Assembly: GCA_030704615.1 (NCBI GenBank)
Contig: CM060733.1
Location: 48,112,001 to 48,176,000, forward strand
Source: Takakia lepidozioides
Lineage: Eukaryota; Plantae; Bryophyta
Direction of reading: 5' to 3'
DNA: 64,000 bases
The position numbers and the translations under genes are program-made. The notes under the pieces were generated by a model that did no database searches, was not told where the DNA came from, and saw nothing but the letters and a program-made list of their open reading frames with translations. Below are positions 48,140 through 61,375 of this stretch, one piece after another. Every line of letters begins with the position of its first letter. Positions within the stretch are counted from its first letter, which is position 1.

Positions 48140-49370
48140 ATTGACCCGTTATCTTATCCAACTCGTGATCCTCAGCCTTAATGGGCTCGCTCCTCCTGGC
48201 TTTTCTGGTACTGGAAATCTCATCTTGTGGAGCTCCCTTCAATCCTGGTGAATGGAAATGGCCTGGTGGTATTTCATTTCTTAACTTATACGTAGCCAAG
48301 CTAGGATACTCCCTAACTTTGGGCCTTCCTATTCCTATCTCCAAGTGGGCTGCTAAATGGGTTCACATCATGCCCTTCACGGTTAATTGGGAAGCAATGT
48401 GGAGGCATATCTGGGCTCCTCATAGAGCTGCCAAAATCTCTGCTTTTCTTTGGAGGATTGGAAACAAGATTATGTCAGTTGGTTCATCACTGGACCCTCC
48501 ATCTGCATGTAACGTTTGCAATTTAGGACTGACTGAATCGGCCCTGGAGCATTGTCTTTTTAGTTGCAGGTTTGCTGCTTGCATCTGGACTAAGGTCAGG
48601 GCTTCTATCTCATCTGGAAACCTGTGGAGGCATCCAGTGTTTCCATCCAATATCTTCTCAACCTTCACCAGGGGCATCTTTGGTCTAATTGTGCTATTTG
48701 GGCTTGCCTTCGTTTTCTCTCTCTCTGGCAAATTTGGAAGTCACGCTGTGCAAAGTTCTATTTAGGCTGCATAGCCCCTTCCACTTCTACGAACTTGCAG
48801 ATTATTTATTTCAATCTTCTAATTGAGAGGCATAAGGCTTGGGAGGTTTTGATTGTAGCTTTACTCAAATGTTCTCAAGCTAATCGCTCCAAGCTCATCA
48901 AAGCTCTTGACTCCACGTGGGGATGGCGTGGGATTATCTGCTCCGGCTATTTCGACGAGGGCACAATCTGGTACTCCGACATTCCCAGGGCATGGTGCTT
49001 CTCCTAGTTAGTGACCATCTCCATCCGACCGGGACGAGGAAATCAACTGGCGCCATCGAAAGCTCAGAAATTCCAAGTTTCAAGCTCAGCTTGATTTCGA
49101 GTCCGTTGGAGCTGAGTGCTAATTCTGCTTTTCTCTTGGTTGCTTGATATGCTCATTTCTTCCCTTGTCAGTTCTCCTGCTAGCGTGCTTCATGTTTCAT
49201 CTGATGGTTTAGATCTAGCTTCCTGTTTAGCTGGATATTTTGAACTGGCGGCCTTGAAGTGGCCTCGCTTTGTATTCCTTATGGCCTACGAGGTTATTTT
49301 TTCCTCGATTTAATTTGAGTAAAATGGGCTCCGTCCCTTTCCTTTTAAAGAAATAAAAAAGAATAAAAAT
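48140..49370 (+). mobile_element. 5'-truncated LINE (zf-RVT region plus 3' tail), same family as the large LINE
   Basis: FNPGEWKW, RAAKISAFLWR, CNVCNLG..ESALEHCLFSC and LWQIWKSRC parallel 5442-6322. The 3' end ggctccgtccct...A-rich matches the tail at about 4694-4740. Confidence 0.85.
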
Positions 49371-49780
49371 TATTTTTCCACATTTTCCCTGCCCGGTTTT
49401 GGTATGTACTCCTGAGATACCTTTAGGGATGTACGAAGCAACGAAAAAAAACCTAAAAGCACCAAAAAATGTTGCCCCACGACACCTCTATGCGAAAAAC
49501 AGGGCCAAAAACAAAAAACTTCGTCAGAAAGTGGCAGTTCCCTGGGCAGCTAGTGTCGGAAAGCACCAGGGGAACCCACCCTTTTTGCCTGGGAACTGGG
49601 GAGCATTGTGCAGTAAATCCAAAGGCTGGCGCCCCATCGCACCAAGAATTAGCACGATTTCACCACCTGCACCTATTGCCTCCATCCGATTTCCAGCCAG
49701 TAGCCATATTGCAGCCATATATAATAGCCATACTGCCATATTGCACCGTCGGATCGCCATATTGCATTACCTGTACCAGG

Positions 49781-52090
49781 TGTTGGAATTCAAGTCCTTA
49801 CCAAGTTACTGCTACTCAAAGTTACTGTGATGACAAGTAGGACTTCAATAATAGTAGTGCTGACAAGTCACAGTTAAAAATAGAGATAAGCCTCAGTTAG
49901 CTAAAAGTTAGCTAAAGTTATTAGTGACTTAAGTCAGTGTACCAGAATAGCAGGTGGAGATAACTTGAGTAAAAACATGGAATTATGCTATAGTTATCTC
50001 AACTATTCCTGGATTAGACTTTGAGTAAATAGGGAGAGCTCGGAGGGTGGACACACAACTTGTTGTGGTCCTATGGTTGGGTGGAGAGTTATCAGTAATC
50101 AATTCATCTTTTATCTCTATTCTCTGTCGAATTCCAACATGGTATCAGAGCGAGGTTTTGTCTAAGAGATAGAGGGACATGGGTATTTGATTTACAACCT
50201 ATAGGCTTGAGTGCTAACACGGTATCAGAGCGATGTTTTGTCTAAGAGATAGAGGGAGATGAGTATTTGATTTACAACCTATAGGCTTCAGTGCTTGGTG
50301 TTAGATTTGGTAATTTGAGGGTGTTTTGTACTTGGCAAAACATCAAATTATCATCATGGCATCTAGTTCTGCTGATCATACATGAATGGAGAAGTGAGAT
50401 GGTCACAATTTTCATACATGGAAAATTAAGATGGATTCATTCTTCATGAGAAAGATCTGTGGGAGATCACATCAGGAGAAGCGGTTGCACCAGTTCTAGC
50501 ACAGCCTGATGATAGAGAGATCATAACGCATAAATCACTCCTGAGCAACGATTTTTTGAGAAAAAAGATAATTAACTTGAGGGACTATGTTGTTGAATGT
50601 GGCTGATTCAATACTTCATCATGTTGCATATGCTAAAACTGCTAGAGAAGCATGGACCAATCTATGTGTCAATTTTGAAAGAAAGCATGTCGTCAATCAG
50701 CTCTATCTTAACCAAGAGTTGAAAGATGGAGAAAAGAAGTTCATTTCACGAAGAAGAAACACAGAGTCTGTTTTCTTTTGTGGCATAAGAGGTCATTATG
50801 CATGTGAATGCTTCAACAAAAAGCTAGACGATGAGAAGAAGAAGAAGTTACATAGTGAAGTTGCAACGGCAATCATGGCTGATAGAACTGAACTTTTTGT
50901 TGTAGCTTTGTCAATCTCTCCTAGTTGTAGAGATGTGTGGTGAATCATTGATTCAGGAGCATCTCAACATATGACGTTCCAAAGGGAAGCATTCTCAACC
51001 TTCAAAAAACTCTTTGTGGGACATAAGGTGTCTCTTGGAGACAACAGTACTAGTCTTGATATCCATGGAAAATGTACTGTTGTGTTTCAATTATCATCTA
51101 GAGTTTTTGTGACGGATGTGAGTATGGTAAACACCATCGCAACTCATTTCCAAAAAATAGAGGTTCTCGAACAAAGAAGGTTCTTGAGCTGATGCATGCA
51201 GATCTATGCGGTCATATGTCGTCTGAATCTCATGGAGGTGCAAAATATTTCTTGACCTTCATTGATGATTTTTCTAGGAAAGCATTTCTTTACACGATGC
51301 AAAACAAATTTGGAGTTCTCATAGATTCAAAGCATTCAAAGCTTTGGTGGAGAATCAAACTGGGAAAAAGATCAAAACACTTCGGTGTGATGGCGGTGGT
51401 GAATACGTTTCAAAGAATTATAATCAATTATGTAAGGAGAATGGTATTGTGAAACAATCAATCACACCATATACGCCAGAACAGAATGGAGTTGTAGAGA
51501 GGAAGAATCGAACACATGTTGAAAGTGTCATGAGGTGTATGTTGCAACACATGAGGTTGGACCTCCGTTTCTTGGCAGAAGCAGTGGTGACTGCAACATA
51601 TATCTATAATCGACTTCCTAATAAGACAATATCTGCAAAGACATCTAAAGAGGTTTGGAAGGGTGAGAAACCTTCAAGTGATCATTTGCGAGTCTTTGGT
51701 TGTATTGCTTTTGCTCATATTCCAAAAGAGATAAGGAAGAAATTGGATGCAAAAGCAATCAAGTGTATCTTCATTGCTTATTATGAAGAGACCAAAGGGT
51801 ATAAGTTGTATAACCCCGAGAGCAAATATATAATCATCAGTCGTGGTGTTATATTCAATGAGTCCATGAACTTTCATTATGAAACAGTAGTTCCAAGTTT
51901 GGACCATGAAAAAAAGAACTTGGCTCTAACTTATGAAAATAAAATGGAAGAGGAGATTGTTGAGGAGATTGTTGAGGATCATATGGAGGAGATACAATCT
52001 ACTATGTTTGAGAAACCCTCAAAGGTATCTTCTGCCTATTTCATTGATAGTGATGAACCGTAAAGTGTCTCAGATGCACTTAGTAGTGAG
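49781..52090 (+). mobile_element. Ty1/Copia retrotransposon, 5' half: LTR 49781-50139, PBS 50140-50151, gag, protease, integrase; truncated
   Basis: LTR ends TGTTGGAATTC...GAATTCCAACA followed by TGGTATCAGAGC. Motifs FHTWKIKM, CGIRGHYACEC, IDSGASQHMT, HADLCG, FIDDFSR, RCDGGGEY, QNGVVERKNRT and LRVFGC. Several stops and frameshifts. Confidence 0.9.
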
Positions 52091-52094
52091 AGGT

Positions 52095-52990
52095 GGGTTG
52101 TGAACCCCCAATCCCAACTCCGAAAGGGAGAAGAGAGAAAACTAGGGTTGCGAGGCCTCCATCCAAGGGTGGACGAAACATCCTCCGAAAGGGAGAGAAG
52201 AAACTAGGGCTGGCAAGCCCCTATGCAGGGCCATCCTCTTAGGGGGTTCAAGAGGACATGGCAAGAACTCCTGGAACTGTAGACACCACTGCCAAATCGG
52301 AGTCAGTTGAACATGTAGCGTCGTGGAAAGGCGGACGTCATGAAATCTAGCGAAACTGCAGTTTGGCTGCTGATTTGATATGTCGCCAAGTGATATATCT
52401 GTCAAATTCTAGTGAGACCACCATGGAGGGCCGCACCGAGGTTCCTCCATCCGAGTGGGGGAGGGGTGTCCAAATGGAGATTGACGGCATGGAGGTGGTC
52501 TAGGGGTGGCCATTTGTAGCCCAGGTGTTCCTGGTGGCAGCTTGCATTGCTGCAGAGCTTTGGGGGGCTCTTTCAATATCTGCACACAGTTTTGACCACG
52601 CCTTCCTTGCCTCAATCTGCAGGTCCCAAAACATTCTAGAGAGCAATACAGATAGAGAACATGTACCTGAGAGAGTCCAGGCACATCGAGCCTTCTAGAG
52701 GTGCCACAGTGTGGAACTACGGAGGCATTCATAGACCGGACAGTTGTAAAGTTGATGTCATAGTTGAGAAGCAGGTTAATGGCAAATAAGCTTTGGGTGT
52801 TCCAGTCCTTATAGAAGGCTCTGATTAGGGGCCAAATTTTGGCTGGGGCATAACAACTGAGAAGGCAACGCTCCAAAGTTTCCAGCAAGCCAGAAGATCA
52901 GCAAGAGCAAAGTAAAACATCTTGGCACTGAAGCCACTCTCCCACCTTGAACACTCTATCTGCTATAGGAATGCCGAGATTTTTGCATGC
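52095..52990 (-). mobile_element. Degenerate LINE 3' fragment interrupting the Copia element
   Basis: ETLERCLLSC..AKIW (zf-RVT-like). The Copia coding sequence stops abruptly at about 52090. Confidence 0.45.
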
Positions 52991-53654
52991 CTAGTTTTAG
53001 GGAGTTCCCAGGTCGGGTTTGCAGTCACCCATCAAAACAAAAATGAAATATTCCTAGTCAAACGGTAGCAGTTTTATCAGTTTTTACACACTCCATCAAA
53101 CATTATAATGTCAACGGATTTACGGTGGATGAGGCTCAAAATTTTTCGTGGTGGTAAGTGGAGTAGTAATTACCTTTTCTACAAGGCGCATTTTCCAGGG
53201 TCAACTAACTCCAATAGTTACTCCAATTCTAGTGGAAGAAGGTGTAGAAAAGGCTTCAGGCATTTAGGGGTTAATGTCTGTATGGAGTTGCTACTCTGTA
53301 TTTACATGGATGATCCTCAAAAGGATCGCATGACCCCATGAGTTTTATTCGTATGAGACCAACAACATCAGTTGCAGGTGTAGATAATATGCTCAGATTT
53401 AAAGTCATACTATTATACAAATTTCTGTACTGAGTTTCTGCCAACTTTTCCGGAAAGAACAGGATGATATCTGCTAAGTAGCATTTAGCAAGTGAAGCTA
53501 ATCAAAATAACTAGCATCTTCTTGTGAGAGAGGACCTGAATTCACTTAAGCTTGTACTAAGAAAGCAAGAGATTGAGCAGCATAGCTTCTCAAAGAGATT
53601 TGCTTGAAGGGTAGTTGGATAACCGATGTCAAACTGCATTCTTTGTAGCATGAA

Positions 53655-53960
53655 TCATTGTCGTGTACTTGATCTCAGTAGTGGAGACTGTTTCTTTCTG
53701 TTCCAGCAGATGCAGCCATTGAACAAGATGAATATGTAGCCCACTGTAGAGCAATGACTATCAATGTATCTATCCAATCTATCATAATATCCAACCACCT
53801 TGGGACACATTTCTTCAATTGGTCCAACCATAGTTATGCCTTTCAAAGATTGGAAGATCCTCTGAACCGCAGCTGGTCCAGGATCATCCATGTAATGACT
53901 AACCACATCTCCCACTGCAACAGCAATCTCAGATGTATAAGTCCCAAACATGGCAAGCAT
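53655..53960 (-). mobile_element. Copia RT/RNase H relic
   Basis: SEIAVAVGDVVSHYMDDP...RIFQSLKG and STVGYIFILFNGCICWNRKKQ. Confidence 0.65.
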
Positions 53961-54123
53961 GAGACTGCCAACTGCCCTTGGTAAGGGATAGACTGCGTGG
54001 CGTTCAAACGTGCATGATTGTCAGAGTCAATGATACCGCAACTTGCTTACAAAATCCAACAAATAAAGAGCTTTCCACCCTCACATTCAATGTGCCACAC
54101 CGTCTTCTTGCATGATTCTTGTT

Positions 54124-56655
54124 TCACCAATAATCCCCACAAGAACAGGCCCCATCTTGGAAGTGGTGAAAGCGATTGGGATCCCGTACAACAACTACCC
54201 GCGCAACAATCTTTGATATGAACTTAGTGACCGTGTGACAGTCATTACATACACGAAGGTTCTTGGTAATTCTGATAGGCGTCCCAGGGGACGTGCTGAT
54301 GAGCCCAAAAGCAATGGCCAGCTTCTCGCTGTGGTGGCCAAGAGAAATTTCCTTTTGCTCCTCCTCCACATCATGGAATACAAAGCGCGTGTCAGGCACA
54401 TATCCAAACTCCTTCATCTGCTCGGACAATCTCTTCAGCTCGTTATGGATTTCCTCAATGTGTGGATGCAATTTGTCTTCTACAACAAATGTATGCACAC
54501 GGTTGTCAACCTCTATGCAGCTGCGCCCTGGCTCCTTTCTGACGCCTACCTCCTCCATCATTTTCCTCACGTTTGCTTGATCGTCCACCCTCCCAGCCGC
54601 AGAATAGATGTTTGATAACAGCACGTATGCTGCAGCATGCTGTGGATCCGTCTCGAGAATGCGTTTGGCTGCACGTTCAGCTACCTCCACATTGCCAAGA
54701 TTTCTGCAGGCACCCAGCAAGGCTCTCCACACCCCAGCATCCGGTTTCATTGGAATTTTGCTGATGAAGTCCTCTGCCTCATCCAATCGCCTTGCACGAC
54801 CAAGAAGGTCTACCATGCAGCCAAAGTGCTCCATTGTAGGAGTAAGGCCATGAGCTTGACTCATAGAATCAAAGTAGCGACAGCCTTCATTCACTAGGCC
54901 CCCATGGCTACATGCAAAGAGAAGAGATATAAAGGTGATACCATTCGGCTTCAAGCCTTCCTCTTGCATTTGCTCAAATAGTCGCACAGCCTCCTTACCA
55001 CAACCATGTTGCGCACATCCTGCAATCATTGCAGTCCATGAGACAACATCACGTTCAGCCATTTTGTCAAATACTTGACGAGCATCCTTCATGCTCCCGC
55101 ATTTGGCATACATGTCAACAAGGGCAGTCTCCAGAATGATATCTGGCACAATTCCAGCTTTGCTGATGTCAATATGAACCTCTTTGCCCTTTTTCAGGGC
55201 TCCCAAGTTGGCACAGGCATTGACAGCGCAATTGAAAGTGACCTTGTCAGGCCTAACCCCTTCCCGTATCATTTGCTCATAGATCTCAAAGGCCTCCTTA
55301 CCACACCCATGCTGAGCATATCCTGCAATCATGGTGTTCCATGAGACCACATCTTGTTGAGTCATGTTGTTGAACACTACACGCGCATCCTTCATGCTCC
55401 CACATTTGGCATACATATTTACAAGGGTGTTTTCTAAATTTATTTGTGGTGGAATTCCAATTTTGCTGATGTGAGCATGGACCTCTTTGCCCATTTCCAG
55501 GGCTCCTAGGGTGGCACACGCGTTGAGGACGCAAATGAAGGTGACCCTATTGGGCCTCACCCCTTTTCGGATCATTTGATTATAGATCTCAAGAGCCTCC
55601 CTACCATACCCGAGCTGAGCGTAGCCTGCGAGCATGGCATTCCATGAGACCACATCTTGTCGAGCCATGTTGTCAAACACTTGGCGTGCTTCCTTGATAC
55701 TTCCACACTTGGCATACATGACAGCAAGGGCAGTCTCCAGAATGATATCTGACCCAATCCCAGCTTTGAGGATGTCAGCATGTAACTCTTTGCCCTTTTC
55801 AAGGGCTTGTATGCTGGAACATGCATTAAGAACACAAATGAACGTTACATTGGTCGGTGTCACCCCTTGGCGTTGCATTTGCTCATAGAGTCCAATAGCC
55901 TCCATACCATTCCCATGCTTGGCATATCCTGCAATCATCGCACTCCATGACACCACACTTCGTTCAGCCATATTGTCAAACACTTCACGTGCATCCTCCA
56001 AGCTCCCACATTTGGCATACATGCTAACCAGGGTGTTTTGCAGATTTATCCCCGGAACAATTCCACTCTTGATGATGTCAGCATGCAACTTTTTTCCCTT
56101 TTCCAGACCTCCTAAGCTGGCACACGCATTGAGAATGCAAATGAACGTCACCTTGTTCGGCGTTATCCCTTCTCTTTGCATTTGTTCATAGATGTCGAAA
56201 GCCTCCTTACCACACCCATGCTGGGCATATCCTCCTATCATTATAGTCCATGTGAACAAATTCCGCTGAGGCATTTTGTCAAACACTTGGCGTGCATCAA
56301 CCACACTCCCGCATTTGGCATACATATTGACAAGGGTGTTCAGTAGAAAGATGTTTGGCTTGAATCTACTTTGGATAATGTGGCCGTGAACTAGTTTTCC
56401 TGCTGCTAGGTCTTTCATGTTCATGCACTCCTGCAAGACACAAACGTAAGTATCGGAGTCTGCTCGAATGACCTCTTGGCACAAAATGTGGAGCGCTTCT
56501 TTCACTTGTCCTTTCTTACATAGTGTTCTCACTTTCTCACAAGTGCCCAAAGAGTGCTCGCTGACTCCCTCTCTTGGTTCAAAATCAGTGGCAATGGTGG
56601 ACGTGTTACCCTTGATACCAGTGTGATGTCCATAACACAACTGTGCCTGATTCAT
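54124..56655 (-). CDS. PLS-class pentatricopeptide repeat protein with E and DYW deaminase domains (organellar C-to-U editing factor type)
   Basis: 843-aa single-exon ORF with five MYAKCG-containing PLS triplets, PG box (KEPGRSCIEV), HSEKLA, CNDCH and terminal DYW. Confidence 0.97.
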   Translation of the reverse strand: MNQAQLCYGHHTGIKGNTSTIATDFEPREGVSEHSLGTCEKVRTLCKKGQVKEALHILCQEVIRADSDTYVCVLQECMNMKDLAAGKLVHGHIIQSRFKPNIFLLNTLVNMYAKCGSVVDARQVFDKMPQRNLFTWTIMIGGYAQHGCGKEAFDIYEQMQREGITPNKVTFICILNACASLGGLEKGKKLHADIIKSGIVPGINLQNTLVSMYAKCGSLEDAREVFDNMAERSVVSWSAMIAGYAKHGNGMEAIGLYEQMQRQGVTPTNVTFICVLNACSSIQALEKGKELHADILKAGIGSDIILETALAVMYAKCGSIKEARQVFDNMARQDVVSWNAMLAGYAQLGYGREALEIYNQMIRKGVRPNRVTFICVLNACATLGALEMGKEVHAHISKIGIPPQINLENTLVNMYAKCGSMKDARVVFNNMTQQDVVSWNTMIAGYAQHGCGKEAFEIYEQMIREGVRPDKVTFNCAVNACANLGALKKGKEVHIDISKAGIVPDIILETALVDMYAKCGSMKDARQVFDKMAERDVVSWTAMIAGCAQHGCGKEAVRLFEQMQEEGLKPNGITFISLLFACSHGGLVNEGCRYFDSMSQAHGLTPTMEHFGCMVDLLGRARRLDEAEDFISKIPMKPDAGVWRALLGACRNLGNVEVAERAAKRILETDPQHAAAYVLLSNIYSAAGRVDDQANVRKMMEEVGVRKEPGRSCIEVDNRVHTFVVEDKLHPHIEEIHNELKRLSEQMKEFGYVPDTRFVFHDVEEEQKEISLGHHSEKLAIAFGLISTSPGTPIRITKNLRVCNDCHTVTKFISKIVARVVVVRDPNRFHHFQDGACSCGDYW

Positions 56656-59600
56656 GCCTGCAATTCTGCACCATTAAAGACTATTAGCAATAAATCTTTT
56701 AACACCACATTCACATGGTATTCATCACAGCTGCTGGATACTTCAAAGAAAACTCTCTTCCTGAGGACAGGCTCCTGGCTACAAAGGGTACCAAAGTACT
56801 GCAAGAATAAACAGACCAATCCTTCTATATGAATTGAAACCCTTAAGCCATCACCAAAAACACTACCCATTGTATTCTTGGCCTGGAGCTCCATGCTGTA
56901 CATCCACATTAGAATCATCACCGGATTGTGCTCGACCTTGTAACATGGCACCTAGCTCTGCTTTCACCCAAGGAGGGTTCAATGCATTAGCAATCCAAAG
57001 GACCTCTTTTGTGTGCTTATGTCTGAAGTTTGGATATCTTGGACTTTCCTGTGGCAACCACCGGTAGGCAGCTCAGCAGCCTAGCTTTAACCAGGACCTT
57101 ACATTGGCCATGCTACAACCAACAAACTTCCAAGCATTTTTGAGATAAATAGGGAACAACTCTGAACAACGTACTGATAGCAACATTTAGAACCGCTCTT
57201 GCCGCTTTTCTGTCGCAAAGAGGAAAAATGTGGTTGATGTAAGCAACTGGAGATCCATCGAATCCTCACAACATCTTCATGACAACTTCGGTCCAAAACC
57301 CCCATAACAAACTCTTTTGTGTCCTAAAAAACGCCACACCTTTTCAAAATTGTTGTCGCACCATTGGGAAGGATCTGAGAAGAACTCCTTCCAGAGCTGC
57401 TCTATGCCTCTTGCTTGACCTGCCCACAAGAACTACAAGAATATGAGCAGTTGGCCAACTTTCTAAACCCTCAGTCTGTACTGAGGAGTGCCAGGGCTCA
57501 AACATACAGCTTCAGAAGTCCTTCTCGATGTGGGTCAAGTGAGGATTGAGGAATGCTACTTTGTAGGCCATTAAATTCATCTCTCTCTTTCTCCTACGGC
57601 CGCGGATCGACAAAGGGAAAGGCTGCCTCCCTCCGTCTTCAAGGGAAATGCAAACATATCCATTTGCATCACCCTCCTATGCAAAAGTTGCTTTCCAACT
57701 CGCTCGTCACCCCTGCTACTATCTATAGCTGTGAGCTTTTGGCCCCTCGGTTTTTTGGTGGGAGACAAATCTGGAATCTCTACAAGCATCTTTCCTCCAA
57801 GGTGTACTTGGGGCTAGAGGTACAACATCATCTCAGATTTCAGACACTGCGTACCACTTGAACTCGAAGCATATTTCGACTCTCAATCTTCTTCTCAAGG
57901 CTGTGGTCTCTCCCCAAAAGTAGCTGCCAGTCCGTCCCCTCACAACCTCTAAGAGACTCAAGCAGCTGGTTTGAAGACCTCTCGGCCTGCTTGGACCTCC
58001 AATTTCTTTGACGGACAAGGCCTGTCCATTGCGTCCGCCTGGAAACCAAGAATCTTAGTCGTGACACCTTTCTAGTCCCCTGCGATGATAAACTCCTGTT
58101 ATCTCCATCTCTTCTACTGGCATTGGGTGGGCTCACACACCCTGCCGGTAGATGGGGGTGTGCTGGCCGCTTGTCCCGACTTGCACTAGAGATGACAGAT
58201 GGGGGATTGAGACTGAAGAACATTTTTTCGTTCATTCTCCTCTCTACTATGAGATCCAGAGATGATACTATTTCCAATTCCGGGACAGCCAATCCCTTGC
58301 TGAGGTCTTTTATGAGGGCGAGAAATGCTTGGCAGCATATCTGCATTGTTGTTCTGGCTGCTTGTTAAGGGCCCCACTTTCTTTCTTTCTTCATGCTGCT
58401 TTCTTTTGTCCCATAAGCTATTTGAGTTTCCAGTGGACGTTATACAGTCTCTCTATGTTTTCCAATGCTCTTTTTCCATCTCTCCAAGACACATATGCTA
58501 AAAACGGAAAGGAGAGAAAAGTGCCAATCAGAAGATACCGAGGAGCTGATGGGAGGAGGAGGAGGGTGTCAATAACCTCGCCTTCCTCTACAGCCCTTGT
58601 GCAACCATATTGTGAGCTTCTTCGACGACGGGTAGCTCTGAGGGATGGGTCCATGACAATATGCAGCCCGACCCACACAATCTGGAGCGCAAAAGCACAC
58701 GCAATAATTACATGTCTATACCTTTCTTCCGTTTTCTTGCAAGCCGGGGCGTCACCGCTATCCCTTGCGACTCTCTCGGGCCCCGCATTGCCCAGGTGGA
58801 TGCACATTTCAGTTCCACAGCCTGGCCCTGTAATCTGCTGCATGATGTGAGGCCTCCCGCCCCTTCAAGACACGACGAAGTCGGGGCCTTGGGTACAGCC
58901 TCTGCCTGCGTGCTCAGGAAAGCAGCGGAGCAAGCTGCCATCACCGCGCCTTTTAGACAAAGCTCACCGAGACGACAGTGTGTCACCTTCAACTTCCCTT
59001 CCCTCCGAAATCATACGCTACAACACACGGTATACTGTAAGACGGGTGCCAATTCCAAATTCCAAAGGGCATCGCAGAAAGATGGTCATGGCCTCTTCAC
59101 GAGTATCAGAATTTTATTGCCACTGCCATCAGCGTTCCAGCGTCCCTGCATCTGCAAGCTTCATGCAAATGTGATCCTGAAAAGAGTGCAACCTTCTTCA
59201 TCTTCTTCGTCTTCCTTCATAAACATGATGACGCACGGAAGGCCTGTCGGTAACACACCAGTGCTGCATGCAGGGTCTATGCATGCACACATAGAATCCA
59301 CGTTGAGCTACATATCACCATCCATCCATCCAGAATTTTCCTGAGGAGTTTTGTCAGGCTGCAGATTAGGTCCTCACAGTCTATGTAAGTGATGCTCTGT
59401 CTCCAATCCCATCATCCTCTACACTTACGAGGATTGATCGACAGCTACAAGGAGCTGCTGGAGATTCCAGCGAGCATCATCAACTCCGCTTCTCTCACTC
59501 CTCTCATCAGTCCCCATTTCTGAACAGCCCATGATCTCCCCGGGACGCAATCCGTGGGACCTCATCAGGAACAACACTTCCCTGCAGGTTGAGCTGGATC

Positions 59601-60451
59601 CGGTGGAGCCCACTCTGAACTCGTATGAGTCCAGTCATCATCTTAAATGCAGAGTGGCACAGGCTCAAGAAGAAGTAACATCTGGCCACACCTCGGCAGG
59701 AGGATGATGATGATGACTGGGATTTTTCTCTGGTCTTGGGTGGGGGCACACATGGATGGCTGGGCTACATGTGAGCAGGTTGCTCATCAGTCTAGTAAGA
59801 AGCTCTTGCAAATTGCATGATGGGCGTGGCAATTTCCTCTTCTTTTCGTGGGTCTTCCCTCGCAGCAGATGTGCTTTCCCTGTGTAACAATCTGTTTCCA
59901 AATTGAGAACAATAGAAACTTTGACATACACAAGCACACCTATATCATGCCGGATGCCACATAGCAGGAAGCATTTGTAAGATGATGGTGCTTGGAAGCT
60001 GGAATGCATGCATGTCTCCACACGCATTACATACGTACAGTGAACCCGTCACTGGACTTTGTCTGCAGGAAAGACAGCCAGAGAGCAAGGAGGAGAATTT
60101 GTGACGCCCACATAATTAGAGAGACAGGAAGAGAGAGGGAGAGGAAAGGGATTGTTTTGGGACAAGGAGGCGGGATAGAGAGTAAGGTGAAAGCTAGTTT
60201 GAAACTTTGAGGTGCTGAGAAAGGCAAAGTGGCTAATAGGGACAGAATCGAGGGAAGGATCTTCACAGTGGCCAGAGATTGAATGCACCGAGCAACTTTA
60301 AGCCGTCTCGCATACAGACAGCTTTGCCTCCGTGAACAATTAGTAGAGTACACAATGCTCTGGCTTTGCTAGCATCAATCAATTCATAAATATAAGTTGA
60401 CAATTGCTGACTGAATTGCAGCAAGAGTAGGGAGGAGACGAGAAGGAAAAA

Positions 60452-61375
60452 ATGGGAGGGGAAGTGGTCAAGGATTTGACTGCGGGGACAATAGCAGGGG
60501 CGGCACAAATCGTGGTAGGCCATCCCTTTGATACGATCAAGGTGAAGCTACAAAGCCAGCCCCCTGGCCAGCCTCCCAAATATGCCGGTGCAATAGATGC
60601 TGTCAAACAAACGTTGGCATCTGAAGGTGTTAGGGGTTTGTACAAAGGCATGGGAGCTCCCCTGGCTACCGTGGCGTTGATAAACGCTATTCTCTTCGCT
60701 GCAAGAGGAGAAATGGAGAGATTGCTTCGCGAGGCACCTGGAGCACCCCTGTCTGTCTCACAACAAATGGTGGCCGGTGCAGGAGCCGGAGTGGCAGTGT
60801 CATTTGTAGTTTGTCCCACTGAGCTTGTGAAATGCAGGCTGCAAGCCCAGAGTGCATTGGCAACAACAGGAGAAACCCCTGTTCTGGCCAGGGTTGGTGC
60901 AGGGACAGCGACGATGAAGCCTGCAGCTCGATACAGTGGCCCTGTGGATGTTGTTCGCCATGTTTTGCGGGAGGGAGGAACTGTCGGGTTGTTCAAAGGA
61001 TTCACTCCAACGCTACTGCGAGAGGTTCCTGGTTGTGCTGCCATGTTTGGTGCCTATGAGGCCACCAAGCAGTTTCTTGCAGGAGGCAAGGACACTTCAC
61101 AGCTGGGGAGGGGTTCGCAGCTTTTGGCTGGTGGAGTTGCAGGAGCAACGTATTGGGTGCGTGTGTATCCAGCAGATGCGATCAAGAGTCTGATTCAGGT
61201 CGATGACTACAGGAATCCCAAGTACAAAGGCACCATGGACGCATCTAGGAAGGTGCTTGCGGCGGAAGGGGTGAAGGGACTCTACAGAGGGTTTGGTCCT
61301 GCCATGGCCCGCAGTGTCCCTGCCAACGCTGCCTGTTTCCTGGCTTATGAATTTGTGAGGGAGAGACTGGGCTAG
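60452..61375 (+). CDS. BOU: Mitochondrial carrier family protein, A BOUT DE SOUFFLE / carnitine-acylcarnitine-carrier-like
   Basis: Three carrier repeats (PFDTIKVKLQ, PTELVKCRLQ, PADAIKSLIQ). KDLTAGTIAGAAQIVVGHPFDTIKVKLQSQP and GLYKGMGAPLATVA match Arabidopsis BOU. Single exon. Confidence 0.9.
   Translation: MGGEVVKDLTAGTIAGAAQIVVGHPFDTIKVKLQSQPPGQPPKYAGAIDAVKQTLASEGVRGLYKGMGAPLATVALINAILFAARGEMERLLREAPGAPLSVSQQMVAGAGAGVAVSFVVCPTELVKCRLQAQSALATTGETPVLARVGAGTATMKPAARYSGPVDVVRHVLREGGTVGLFKGFTPTLLREVPGCAAMFGAYEATKQFLAGGKDTSQLGRGSQLLAGGVAGATYWVRVYPADAIKSLIQVDDYRNPKYKGTMDASRKVLAAEGVKGLYRGFGPAMARSVPANAACFLAYEFVRERLG

Noticed and set aside
54195-56191. Antisense ORFs over the PPR genes and over gag-pol
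   Set aside because: Shadow frames of real coding sequence.
56850-59750. ORFs of 100-230 aa between the PPR gene and the carrier
   Set aside because: No family motifs or consistent exon chain. They may be pseudogene or LINE debris but cannot be supported by eye.
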